The notes under the pieces are model-generated. The model did no database searches, was not told the DNA's origin, and saw nothing but the letters and a program-made list of their open reading frames with translations. From Nemertoderma westbladi (lineage: Eukaryota > Animalia > Xenacoelomorpha): a DNA stretch of 40,747 nt. The stretch covers positions 1-40,747 of the forward strand of contig JAUCBJ010006652.1 in the NCBI GenBank assembly GCA_032718475.1, given 5' to 3'. Below, one piece after another: positions 12,232-23,987 of the stretch (the stretch's first letter is position 1; every line of letters starts with the position of its first letter). Both the position numbers and the translations under genes were made by a program.

Positions 12232-12680
12232 TACATGCCTGGAATATACTGTACAGTAGTGTCGTAATTCAGAGGAACGAACTACAGTACAAATCTTAAT
12301 GAGATTGCATGAAATTTGAAACGGAGATAGTTTGACATCCCAACCAAACCACTTCTGGGGTTGACCGAAATTTACGTTTTTGTTTTCCATCTTTTGGTAA
12401 AAGCGTTTCAAAAAACTATATATGAAAATATGTCTCCATATTGCACCCAGCTACACCGCGGATTCCAACGAAATATGTAACACAATCAAGGTGAACTAAA
12501 TAACAGAGTTCATGCAGCGAGAATCGGCCTCCAATTTTTGGAGGCTGACAACTTTCATTAAAGTTGGAAGGTCAACCAAACACTTTGAAGCACGTGACAT
12601 TAAAAAATTACACCTATGGAGGTTTTCGAAGTCGCTGCTTCCATTTCCGATACCAGTTTCTACTGTATACATGTAACCCT
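12232..12680. mobile_element. Diverged family-A-related MITE fragment
   Basis: Shares CATG..CCTGGAATA..GTGTC and TAATGAGATTGCATGAAATTTGAAAC.GAGATAGTTT with 12693-12790. Confidence 0.6.
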
Positions 12681-12692
12681 ACTACATATTTA

Positions 12693-14543
12693 CACCATGT
12701 CATGGAATATAGTGTCTTTATTCAATGTTTTTGTTAAATGTTTTTACAAATCGTAATGAGATTGCATGAAATTTGAAACAGAGATAGTTTCATCTCCCTC
12801 CTCCTTGCTGGGTGAGCCAGAATTTTTATTTTCGCTTTAATTCTTAAGCTACAATCGTGTGTCTCCGGAAAAGTGTCCAAAAAGTGTCTCCGGCAAAATT
12901 GCTCCAGTTACACCGCAGTTATTCTTCAACCTTACAGTATATTGATTTATAGGTACTAGTGGAAAGCTGGTTGTGCAAGGATTCCAAATATGTATCATAA
13001 TCTAAATTTCGTCTTAAAATGAGATATCAGCGTTTAAAACTTGTATGGCTTTGCATATGAGCGAGGCTATTTTATTCTATTATATAAATACAGTACAACA
13101 CATTCTGGAGCATTTTCTTTATCCCATAAGTAGCTTGGCAACAATGCAATACCTCTTTAATCATACTACCGTATTTATACGGCCTAACAGTTCACTTGAA
13201 CTGGCCTCTAAAAAAGAGGCCAGTTTTTTTTAACAATATTTTGGGATTTTGATATGGGGAGAGTTCTATAAATTTTCATTTGCAGCAATTTGGACAACGG
13301 ACGTAATTCAAGTCGCCTCGTTAAGAAAGACACTAAATTTTATGGTAGCTAGTGTTTTAGATAGGTTTTTCTACAGGTAGCTAGCGATAGGTAGCTAGTA
13401 ATTTCAACACTGGTTCCGACATCCTACTTCCTTCTATAAATATTTTTTAGTACAGTAGCTAGTTTTTATTACTATTTGTATAGAAAATGTTCCAGAACAT
13501 GTTAGCTCTTAATTTTAAAAAAATGTTCTAGAACAAATATTTTCTGTTCTAGAACATTTTTTTTTTTTAAATCTGGATTCCATTTAAAACGCATGGAATC
13601 GTTCTAAAACGTGTTGAAAATCAATAAAAAAAATTGTGAAAAAAAATATTGTTGAAAAATCTTTTTGAAAAAAAAATTTCGAAAAATTTTTTTTATTAAT
13701 TTTCAACACGTTTTAAAACGATTCCATGCGTTTTAAATAGAATCCAGACAAAAAATATTTGTTCTAGAACATATTTTTTTTAAAAATGAAGAGCTAACAT
13801 GGTCTGGAACATTTTCTATACAAATAGTAATAAAAACTAGCTACTAAAAAATATTTATAGAAGGAAGTAGGATGTCGGAACCAGTGTTGAAATTACTAGC
13901 TAAACCTATCTAAAACACTAGAGCTACTATACAATTTAGTGTCTTCCTTAACGAGGCGACTTCAATTACGTCCATTGACCAAATTACAGCAAATGAAAAA
14001 TTATAGAACTCTCCCCATATCAAAATCTAAAAATATTGTTAAAAAAAATTGGCCTTTTTTTAAGAGGACAGTTCAAGTGACCTGTTCGGCCGTATAAATA
14101 TACAGTAGTAGGCCATGATACTACTATTATTAAATAGCTACTCATACATAAACAAAATGTTCCAGAATTATGTTGTATTTACAGTATATAATAGAATAAA
14201 ATATCCTCGCTCATGCAAAACCATACAAGTTTTAAACGCTGATATCTCAGCTATTTGGAATCCTTGCACAACCAGCTTTCCACTAGTACCAACAAATCAC
14301 TATAAGGTGGAAGAATAACTGTATGGGTGTGTGTAACTGGTGCAATTTCGCCGGAGACACTTTTTTCAAACGCTTGTAGCCAAAGAATGAAAGCGAAAAT
14401 AAAAATTCTGGCTCTCCCAGCAAGGAGGAGGGAGATGAAACTATCTCTGTTTCAAATTTCATGCAATATCATTACGATTTGTAAAAAAATTTTGGGGGGG
14501 GGGCATGTACCTGAATAAAGGCACTATATTCCAGAACTTGATG
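12693..14543. mobile_element. Palindromic MITE family A, full copy, with MITE B inserted in its central loop
   Basis: TA-CACCATGTC...GAACTTGATG-TA; arms at about 12693-13135 and 14140-14543 are reverse complements. Confidence 0.85.
13169..14105. mobile_element. Palindromic MITE family B (CCGTATTT terminus, TA target; Tc1/mariner/pogo-like)
   Basis: TA-CCGTATTTATACGGCCTAACAG...CTGTTCGGCCGTATAAATA; near-perfect arms of about 450 bp centred near 13670. A related end fragment lies at about 27895-27996. Confidence 0.85.
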
Positions 14544-14592
14544 TATAAGTCGTTGATCTACTGTAGGTATATAGGATAATCTAGGAGTTATT

Positions 14593-15325
14593 GGCCCGTA
14601 TGCATAAAACAGTCGTAAATTTACGTCCGTCGTAACTCTAAATAAAGGCAATGATACACCACAGGAGCGGCCGATGTGATCGGCGACTTTTAGTATGATA
14701 CACTATAGGAGCGGCGAGCGGCAGCAACCATTTGTGGTGTATCATCACCCATAGAAAATAATGTGTTCTATTTTTAAAAAGTGGCCGCTTGCCGCGGCCG
14801 CTGCCGTTCGCCGCTCCAGTGGTGTATCATGGCCTTAAGTCGTAAGTTGGATTACGACTATCGTAGCCACGATTATCGTATATTGGTATGCATAAAACTG
14901 TTTACGATTAATCGTGCTTCCGATTATCGTAATTTAGTTACGATGCTATTTTTGCGATGCTATTTTAGAGTGTTGCTGGGCAACTCTGTAAACAATACTG
15001 CGAAAATCTGAGATTCCTATATGTTCCTTATTATTACAATATAATTCACGACTGTTGTATTGTTTTATAGGTAGCCTTAGTAACAGTATCCTATACTACC
15101 TTTTAGCCAATAAAAAATGAGTTCAATGTAAACTGGGGCAGATCGTAACTTTAATACTCTAGAGAGCACCCTTAAATTTACGATCGAAATGAATCGTAAG
15201 TTTACAATCAAAGGGTCTGACAATTTTTATGCATATCGATTTTGTTTACGATAGTCGTATCTGCTGACTATGATTACGATACGAATAGGATTACGACGAT
15301 CGTAAGTGTTTTATGCATCCGCGCC
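14593..15325. mobile_element. PIF/Harbinger-like MITE C
   Basis: TIR GGCCCGTATGCATAAAAC / GTTTTATGCATCCGCGCC; 3-bp TSD ATT (14590-14592, 15326-15328); many TTACGA/TCGTAA subterminal motifs. Confidence 0.75.
14646..14835. mobile_element. PIF/Harbinger-like MITE D nested in MITE C
   Basis: TAA-AGGCAATGATACACCACAGGAGCGGC...GCCGCTCCAGTGGTGTATCATGGCCT-TAA. Confidence 0.85.
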
Positions 15326-17253
15326 ATTGAGTTTAATTTATTAATGTAATATATTTGATTTTTGATTAAACAATGGCAAAACTAATAATTTATAGCATTC
15401 CTATAACTGGGAAACTTCAGTTAAATCGCACAATTCACGTCCTTTACTTCGTCATGTAACGCCCTTTACTTTCTATCACATGAGATTTCAAGCGCTTAAA
15501 TTGGAATTGTAGGCCTACTGTAGCTTGATTGACAAGCGTTTATTAATGTTTCATCATATTACTTTAGCACTAAGGATGAATTAAAACACGGCGCTTATGT
15601 AAGCCAATTCGATGAAATATCTACATGTTTGTAATAACTTCGAATTTTCCGACTTTGCGAATCACACCCTTTACATGACTTTGACAGCTTATTGTTCGAA
15701 AAGTTTTATAGATACATGTACAGTTATGTTGTCTATGTTGTAGCTTATTAATTTTTCTAACGGAATATAACTTATTAATTAAAAGAGGGAACTTGTCGAC
15801 AATATGTGAACTAAATTGACTGTTTTAGTTGAAAAACTAGCTGCGGTATAACAAACCTACCATTCTTACTACGATACCGGTGACTGGTAGGCGTCGCAAT
15901 TGTGTGTTGTGTATGGAGAAAGTGTCTCTGGTGTACGTACAGACAGAAAAGCAGTGACATCTAGGATCAAAGTAAAAGCGCCATCTACCAGATTAAGTTC
16001 GCGACGTGCAATCATCGGTGTCGCCAGCAGAAACCAGTTATGGAATCATCCGTAATGCGGTGTAGTCTCGTTGAATCAAATTATTAATTAAAATTATTAA
16101 AAATGAGCACTAGTGTTGCAAAACTATTGTGCTTCAATATGCTGACAGGCTGATATGAGATAGGGATCAGTGCATCAAGCATGCCGGCCGTACATAAAGT
16201 ATGTATCAGGCTGTTAGAGGTAGCAGGTACAGGTAATCTACAAACAGCATTTTATCAATGTTCCTCATCATGAATGTTCCGTTGGTGATATACACCAACA
16301 ACTACAAAAGTTAAAGAGCGCCATCAGGAAGTACGAATGGTCCACCGAATCTTACACCTAGTTTAATCCCGGCGGATGATAAAGATAACTTACCCAAATT
16401 GAAAGAACATCTGAAACATCTAGGCCTAAACTGTAGATGAATCGTAAACAATGCACTCGGATTATTAAGTTCGTAAGGAGTTAATAAAACATTTAATTAA
16501 TTGTAGTGTCAAAAGACGCGCAAAACTCTCCCTTTCTATTGATATAAGCCACGTGTGAAATGATTGAGATTTAATGTATTTGAATCGATCGTAAACCTCT
16601 ACCCATAGAAATCAAGATAAAAAATTATCAAATCACTTCGTTGTGATGTGAAATCTGTAGCAGCCAATCACAGACAATTTAAAAAATTGGCACTCACATA
16701 ATAATAACAATCATAATTGTAATGTGATAAAGGTAAAACGGTGTTGATAAATGCATTTATCTGTTCATTAGAAAGATTTTAACTTTTGGGGTTCAAGTCC
16801 CTCACTCACCCCACTGTATTAAAGGACGCCTTGCGTCTACCCGACTAGCCACTGACTACCCAGGCCTACTTAACTATTCTGACGAATCGAGGCAATTTAA
16901 TATCCAATTTTAGTGAATTGTAAGTGAAACAGAACCAAAGTGAACAGTAAAAATCGTGAATCTGCAACATTCACATTTCATTCATCTTCAATCATCATCA
17001 ATCAAACACTCACATTCATCATTGTAGCATACATACAGTAGATGGAGAATTAGCTAATTCGAAAAAAATGATAATCCAATCAATTCAATTTTATTAACAT
17101 AACAAAATAAATGACATTAAACTGTATAAGGGAAAAAATTATTTGCAAAATATAAATATATGTCCCATAATCACATTCTACAGTCTAGCGGCAGACTGGG
17201 TAACTGCAGACGGTTTAAGATCTCACAAAAACTCTGCGTCTGAGGTCTAGAAA

Positions 17254-17510
17254 GTCCCACCTTGGTGTTAAGTGCTTGCATTGAAGACACATCTCTCGGA
17301 GGGCGTGGGTTCAACCCCCTCATGGGGCCAGGGCAGTTTTCCTTTCGACACGAATGCTTTGAAGGGACTAGCCACGGCGCATCTCTGCCTTGCATCCTTA
17401 AGTGGTAGCTAAATGAGTGCTGGAGATTCCTCTGGGGAGTATAGTTCTGGGGGGACCGCACTGGAAATTAAATCGTCAAACTTTGTGCGAAAACCCTGGT
17501 GGAACACCAA
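17254..17510 (+). mobile_element. tRNA-derived SINE (tRNA-Leu-like head)
   Basis: A-box-like TGGTGTTAAGTG; TCTCTCGGAGGGCGTGGGTTCAACCCC resembles the tRNA-Leu variable and T arms; second copy at 2445-2530. The 3' boundary is approximate. Confidence 0.6.
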
Positions 17511-17817
17511 AGAAAACGTTACCTTTATAATGGATTATATATTACATAATATGGATTATAAACAATAATACAAAATATCTGAAGGTTTTCATTTCAGACA
17601 TGGCTGAAATGTTGTTATCTCACACTTTGATGAAATGTTTCCAATTCAGCCCACAATCGGTAGACTGGAGAACTGCAGATGGATTAGCGTCCGAACAAAG
17701 ACAAAGCCCATGGACGGTCTAGCACGTAAGCCTAGAACATGGAAATGAGTTATAATATCATCGGATTATTTGTAACATGGGATTTTTGTGATCTACAGTA
17801 TACAGTAAAAGGCCTAC

Positions 17818-18194
17818 TAGTGTTTAAACGGGATCAGACTATTCGGGAACAGGACCGGGATTATCACTCTCGGGATCCCGATTTTCGGGATCGGGATTGC
17901 AATTTTGTATTAAATTTCCTTAAATTAAAAGTATATGTGGCGTGTTTTGGGTAACTCTCACTTTATCTTACACTTCTGAAATATTAGTGAGATAAAGTTA
18001 TATTAAAATTATTGTGCAATTAATTACTGGGTGGTTTACTGACATAAAAATTATTTCCGTTAGGCTGGAACTATTTATCAGATATTCAACAAATTTACTA
18101 TTTATACTGTACTTCGGGATTCCGGTCCAAAAAAGTTGGGATCGGGATTGTGACCGGGATTGCATTTTTCGCGCGGGATCCCGTTTAAACAGCC
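17818..18194. mobile_element. MITE with CGGGAT subterminal repeats (hAT-like)
   Basis: TIR TGTTTAAACGGGATC / GATCCCGTTTAAACA; TSD not resolved. Confidence 0.7.
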
Positions 18195-18284
18195 CGTTAA
18201 GTAAAACAATCCTAATCGTATGTTTGTCAAAAATGTTGATCGCCAACGCCGACATGCATTATTAAAGCTAATTAATGTTATTAT

Positions 18285-18342
18285 CAATTGCGGGAAAAGG
18301 AACAGGTTACAATGGAAGGTTATTCTAACCAAAACAATAAAC
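18285..18342. repeat. Short dispersed repeat (about 55 bp), also at 2045-2096 (+) and 38680-38737 (-)
   Basis: Shared GGAAAGGAACAGGTTAC..TGGCAGGCTTTTCTAACCAAAACAATAAA-like sequence. Confidence 0.7.
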
Positions 18343-18576
18343 GAGAGTGACTAAGCCAGGTTACATTTTCAATTTACTGTTGTCGGCAGTGGGTGGTTGT
18401 CGGCTGTCAGTTGTCGGCGTAGCGTTTACACCCACAAATTTTGACACGTTTGCCACAATTTCAACTTTTTGTATAGCTAAGCCACTACAGCCATATTAGG
18501 AGTATGCTTTGCAGTAAGCCGTGCGACATGGATTTAGCTCAAATTAAGTGAAAACCTTTTCTACTACGATGCTATT

Positions 18577-18680
18577 GGGGTCGTCCATAAAGGACGTCCG
18601 AGTAAATCCGGATTTTCGGATCCCCTTTCCCCCATGTCCGAAGATGTCCGGATTTTTATGTCTCGGACGTCGTCATGTCA
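18577..18680. mobile_element. Orphan left end of a TIR element
   Basis: GGGGTCGTCCATAAAGGACGTCCG terminus-like sequence with TCCGGA/GTCCG repeats; no partner end found. Confidence 0.4.
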
Positions 18681-19602
18681 GAGATCAGATAACGATCGTG
18701 TGAGGACGATTCCCTATGTCAACACATGTAATAAAATGTAAGAATGCTGTGAACCGTACGAATACGGGTCATTAATAATATATAACTAAAGAAAGCTCTT
18801 AGCTAAGATATAAAGAAACAAAGAAACCAATTTAAAGATATTCTGGTCAACATAGAGTTTTGTATGGTAAACTAAACATAAAAATAAAATACGAAAGTAG
18901 ATTACCAAAACTGGGAAAGATTCAAGACTTTGTTATCAAAATAATATGTAGGCCCTAAACACACACACAGTAGGCCTATAATATACTTCCGTCATTGAAA
19001 ATAATCAAAATATGAAAACAATTTATACATTAACGATAACGATATATATTAAAAATAAAAACTATACCGGTATTCCTCAGCCGTATTATATTCGTCAGTC
19101 GTTCGTTCGTCATAGTTGTTTTTCATCAGCTAAGCAAATCGCGACAGCCAGGCAACCAACCTTTGTTCAAAATACTAAAGAATAGTTTTGCCTCATTGAA
19201 AAGTAATATTACCTTAAATATTGTGTTTTACAGATAGTGTTACAGGTTGTATTTAATTGTGTTGGAAAATTCAAAAAAAGATAAACTTAACAAAAAATAT
19301 AGATAAGTGTATATTTTGTGACATCGCTTTTGAAGAAGTACTGTATTTAGCTAGCTTCGAAATCAGAGACAAATTAAGGTGATTGAAAAAATAGAGGTTT
19401 ACTGAGTAATTTTTCAGCCAACAGGCCTTTATCAAACTCATTTCCGAATATTTCACAACCGAAAGTAGCTTAATATGATTAACGCGGAGACAAGGGCACG
19501 TTTTCACTTACTAAACAGAACCGAATTTCTCGGAATTTAGGTCGTGGATTCATATTATCTGAATTATGATTATTAAATATCCTGCTTCAATAATTCAAAC
19601 TT

Positions 19603-20688
19603 AAGAGGAGGGAGGGGGGGGGGGGGGGGGGGTGGGTTGACTAATTCAGAAAGAAAATCGTTTTTTTTTTTCATTTTTAATCCCCCCTGGTCCAGATATT
19701 TATAATGATTTCAAAACTTCACACCGTTTGTTAATAGCTAATGTAGTTCAAAAGTGTTAATGAGTGAGCGATAATGTTAACCTTACTCTGTGTAAATGTC
19801 TGCGATAACTCTCTGTCTGGGATTGTGTTTCTGACGGGTTATCCGTCACATATTATAACAAAAACATTCTTTCTAGATATAAGTTACGTTATGGGGGTTT
19901 CCTTGTCCGTGATTTCATTCCTAACGTCAGTTTTCACTTTTAACGAAAACTAAAAATTATGTCTCTACGTCTGTCTGTCCTGCGATCTGTCGTCAAAATA
20001 TAAGGACATCCTACCACCTAGCTAAAACTTTTTTGTTTTGGTTTTTTGGTCGCTGATTTCATTTCCTAAAGTCAGTTTCCATTTTTAGTGAAGTCTATTA
20101 ATGTTTGATTGTCGGTCTGTCTGTATTTCCGTCTGTCAAAATATGAGGAAAGCATTCCAACTAGATAACAATTTTGTTATGGGGGATATTCTGTTTGCTG
20201 ATTTCAATTCCGACGTCAGTTTTCGCGTTTGATGTCATTCACCCACATTGTCTGTTTCTCTGTTCAGCTGTCGTTTATATTTTGACGGAGAGACAGAAAA
20301 CTCCCGACCCGGTTGCTGATTTCAATTCCGACGTCAGTTTTCGTGTTTGATGTCAGCCACCCACATTGTATGTGTCTCTGTTCAGCTAGTCGGTGAGATT
20401 TTGACGGAGAGACTGAAAACTCCCGACCCGGAGACCCGGAAAACTCTTGCAACAAAATTTTCAGCGGGGTTGTGTGCATTCTAACATTTCAATGAACAAA
20501 ATTATCCTAAAAGCATAAACTATAAATGCGTATTCTGAAGAATGCAAACTTTTTGAAATTTTTTTATCCACCTATTCTATACATGTGTACCAAATGTCAA
20601 TAAAGATGGGTAAAACAAATACTCCTAAATAAGGGAACGAAACTTTTTAGTTAATTAGTCACCCCCCCCCCCCCCCCCCCCCCCACCC
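19603..20688. mobile_element. TIR element family E with internal tandem repeats; related right-end copy at about 1780-2031
   Basis: Left end GGG..TTGACTAATT, right end TTTTTAGTTAATTAGTCACCCC; 20500-20670 is homologous to 1830-2030; 118-bp tandem duplication at 20195 and 20313, with diverged units from about 19890. Confidence 0.55.
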
Positions 20689-21023
20689 TAAATAAGAAAA
20701 ATTATTAAGAATGATCACATAGTAACAAATTCAGTTAACGCAAAGTGGATAAATTAATACTTTCCTATTATAATTACAGTTTACTACATACAGTAACTGT
20801 ATGTATAACAAAGAAAATATATACAGAGAAATGAATCACAAGCTAATATCTTGTACTTACATACATATCTTACAAAAAAAATAGTATAATTCACTTGTCT
20901 ACAGTATCCAAAAACACAGGAGTGGATGGATATGGGTACATAACAATTTAATATATTTTAAATATCCCTGTTTCTTCCCTCACGAGTCCGTTAAGCAAGG
21001 AGGAGATTTATTGATCTTTTAAA

Positions 21024-23987
21024 TTAACCAATATTATATTCTAATTCTGGCGGAGGTCTAATGGGCACCGCTTTGGAGCGCCGACGTGTCGCTTCCTGAC
21101 CGGCCGTGAGGGGAAGCGCGCTAGGTGGTAGAGTGACCTGGCTGAGTGTAGTTGGAGTCAAATAGCTAATTGGTTGAAGGGGTTCATTGGATAGTTGTGA
21201 GGGATGGTATATGATTGGATGACGGGGTTCATTGGGAAGATGAGGGGGTTGGTAGCTGATTGGTTGACGGGGCACATTGGAATGTGGTGGTGGCTGGTAA
21301 GGGGAGGGTTGTAAGGTTTCAATGGGGGGCTGGAGAAGTGGTTTAGGATTAGGCGGGGCATTTGTTTTAGCTAATTGATAGTAGGGCGTATAGGGGCTGA
21401 TAGGTGGTTGGCTGAATGGCGGGTTGTCGAGGGGAATAGGCCTACCAGTTCCGTCACCGTTCCACTGGAGTAGGACGGGATGGGGATTAGTCGATGGCAA
21501 ATCGACGGGATCCACTTGATGAACCCTGTGGGGTTGTTGGTTGTCTGGTGGTATCTGTTGATTCGTTGCCATTGACATTGCAGCCGCATATAGCTGCTGC
21601 TGTAATTGTGCCGCAGCCGCCGCATTAATCAGTTGGGTAGTTGATGGATGGAGGTTGGAAAATACAGCAGCTAAATTACCCGATAGCTGAGAGGGGATGG
21701 GAGCAGAAGTCTGTGATTGAATGGGAGCAGAGATATGGGAAGGAGTGGGGACACGTAACTGGGGGGATATGGGAGCAGAAAGCTGCGAAGGAGTAGGAGT
21801 AGGTAGCTTGGGGGGAGATATATATCTGCTGTTGGGGATCCCTGACTGAGGATTAACCGCCACTAGAGGAACATTGTCATGGTGTTGGGAGTACACTGAA
21901 GGATGGGCTAAAGACTCCCGGGTATACACTGATGGTTGATACACATTGGCAGCTACACGCAGTCCAGGTTGCTGGGAATGTCGCTCTATGTACTGCGGAG
22001 TGTTAGGCTGGGATAAGAGGGCTGGGGCATTGTAGTAGACCGACCCGCTGTCACGAGAAAGCTGGTCCGGCACTGAACAGATACTTGGGTTCCCTTCAAC
22101 CTGACTCGGAGGTTGAAATTGGGACACCGATAAATTGGAGATAAATTCTAATTGGCCAAAGGGGGGTGGGCTTCGCGCCTGACGCTGCCTAGAGTAACGC
22201 TTATCAGTTCTTTGGATATCTCTAGGTGTATTCGTCTCAGTGGCAGACGATGTTGGGGCGAATGCAGCGTAGGGTGGTGGCCCAGACGGTGCGAGGAAGG
22301 TAGACTCTAAGATCGGATCAGTATGGACTGAGCTCCGTGACCTACCTGAGGCCCTCTTAGTCCGGTCTGAGTCCCGCTGCGTTTGGGTTCGGTCAACAAT
22401 GTAATCCCAGGATAGATTGGCATCATTTTCATCAGAGTTATCATTGTCAAAGTTCTCCAGCCCAAATCGTCTAGAATTTGCCTGGTATGATTCTGGCTGC
22501 TCCCCATAGTAATCAGGTTCCGAATCTGGACTCCTTCTGTGTCCTACCCTATGATCATCTAGGGCACCACCTACCCTCATTACCGCCAGAGTACTGCTAC
22601 TAGCACGACCACGTCCCCGCATTCTGAACGCAACTGGGGCAGAAAACTGTGTGTTAATAAACTCCCGATGGAGGGGTTCACCTGGTGGGGAGGCTGTCCC
22701 TGGAACCCCCTCAGGAGACGTTTTTTTCGACCAGTTAGAGGTAGAGTGTGGCAACTGGCTCCTCTCCACCGAAGTATCAGCATTTTTGGAATCTGGGGCT
22801 GCCTTATACCCACTAGATGAGCACTTCTTCCTTGGGTGGTCGTCTCTGCCTCTGAGAGATTCTGATACAGGATTTGACTCTGTAACATTAACTAACTCAT
22901 CATGCGTGGATGACTGTCCTCTTCGCCCAGAGACATGCCTAACTATGGAAGGCCGATTATTTAAAGAAGGCCGATTATGTAATGAAGGCTGATTATCCAC
23001 AGAAAGCTGACTGTCTACAGATGAATGATGACGACTCGGTACAGAATGACTCATATCCACAGCTCTTGGTTGTCTGTCTGAAGATTCTCTAATCGCATCC
23101 ATGGATTTGTTCTCAGGAGCTGCCCTTTCGCTTTCAGTAGCACTTTTACTGACACTTAGAGAAGGGAAGTCATCCTCATACTGTGATGAGCTTCTTTGTC
23201 TAGTTTGATGCCGATTTGAACGCAGAGTGGTCTGTGACAATCCACTATATTGCGAATCGTTCCCAGTGCGCCCACGCTGGTTTCCTTTACGATCCCTGCC
23301 CCGCTCCTCAGCAATCTCTCGTCGACGCCTCGCTACATCTCTCGCTGTCGGACATCGCTTTTCCTCCCGAATATTCCAACCATATTTAGCTACGATCTCC
23401 TTAGTGGACAGAGGCGTTTGTTCTTTCTCATCATACAAGTCATGTTCCCACCTATCGGAATCGATTCTATTATTCTTCCACTTATCATCCTGAACCGTAT
23501 TATCAGATCCAGTGGCTTCCTTGACAGAACGAACATCATGTTGATAATAATAGCCGCCTTTGGGTATATAAGCAGGGTTCCTCCTGTCCTTTTCTATAGC
23601 CACTGGAGTGTCATCAATAGAGGAATCAGAATCATTTGACCCGGATTCACAATCACTACTATTATCAACTTCCCTAGTATCACTAACTACAGGGACTGGT
23701 AAATTTAATGCAGTACTGGTAACCTTTTTAACAATACTGGGATCTAAAGAATCATTTACAACACAAACGGTTCTCCCTCGTCTATAATCACTATCATCAA
23801 TGTTACCCTTCTCATCTTCAGAGTCACCTTCACCAATAACCTCCTCTTCTTCTTCTGTTTCGTAGTCTCCATCATCAGGATCTACAATAGAAGTACAGGT
23901 AGGCATACAAGAAATATTTTTTACTGTTATTTGAATCTTCTCTATTGGTGGAATTTGGTCGTCATCAAAATCAAATCCACTGTCCAT
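21024..23987 (-). CDS. CASC3: CASC3/Barentsz/MLN51 exon-junction-complex protein, single uninterrupted ORF, 987 aa
   Basis: Acidic N-terminus with DYETEE; Btz/SELOR domain DRRNPAYIPKGGYYYQHDVR...RWEHDLYDEKEQTPLSTKEIVAKYGWNIR (about 23365-23595); conserved KRYSRQRQ motif; Pro/Gln-rich C-terminus ending RRRSKAVPIRPPPE. Confidence 0.9.
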   Translation of the reverse strand: MDSGFDFDDDQIPPIEKIQITVKNISCMPTCTSIVDPDDGDYETEEEEEVIGEGDSEDEKGNIDDSDYRRGRTVCVVNDSLDPSIVKKVTSTALNLPVPVVSDTREVDNSSDCESGSNDSDSSIDDTPVAIEKDRRNPAYIPKGGYYYQHDVRSVKEATGSDNTVQDDKWKNNRIDSDRWEHDLYDEKEQTPLSTKEIVAKYGWNIREEKRCPTARDVARRRREIAEERGRDRKGNQRGRTGNDSQYSGLSQTTLRSNRHQTRQRSSSQYEDDFPSLSVSKSATESERAAPENKSMDAIRESSDRQPRAVDMSHSVPSRHHSSVDSQLSVDNQPSLHNRPSLNNRPSIVRHVSGRRGQSSTHDELVNVTESNPVSESLRGRDDHPRKKCSSSGYKAAPDSKNADTSVERSQLPHSTSNWSKKTSPEGVPGTASPPGEPLHREFINTQFSAPVAFRMRGRGRASSSTLAVMRVGGALDDHRVGHRRSPDSEPDYYGEQPESYQANSRRFGLENFDNDNSDENDANLSWDYIVDRTQTQRDSDRTKRASGRSRSSVHTDPILESTFLAPSGPPPYAAFAPTSSATETNTPRDIQRTDKRYSRQRQARSPPPFGQLEFISNLSVSQFQPPSQVEGNPSICSVPDQLSRDSGSVYYNAPALLSQPNTPQYIERHSQQPGLRVAANVYQPSVYTRESLAHPSVYSQHHDNVPLVAVNPQSGIPNSRYISPPKLPTPTPSQLSAPISPQLRVPTPSHISAPIQSQTSAPIPSQLSGNLAAVFSNLHPSTTQLINAAAAAQLQQQLYAAAMSMATNQQIPPDNQQPHRVHQVDPVDLPSTNPHPVLLQWNGDGTGRPIPLDNPPFSQPPISPYTPYYQLAKTNAPPNPKPLLQPPIETLQPSPYQPPPHSNVPRQPISYQPPHLPNEPRHPIIYHPSQLSNEPLQPISYLTPTTLSQVTLPPSALPLTAGQEATRRRSKAVPIRPPPELEYNIG

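Noticed and set aside
17254-17340. tRNA gene
   Set aside because: A B-box is present, but no convincing acceptor or anticodon stem; a second diverged copy shares the downstream sequence, as expected for a SINE.
21158-23639. Alternative-frame and antisense ORFs within CASC3 (likewise within ELAV, CHMP6 and gag-pol)
   Set aside because: Shadows of the real CDSs with no motifs of their own.
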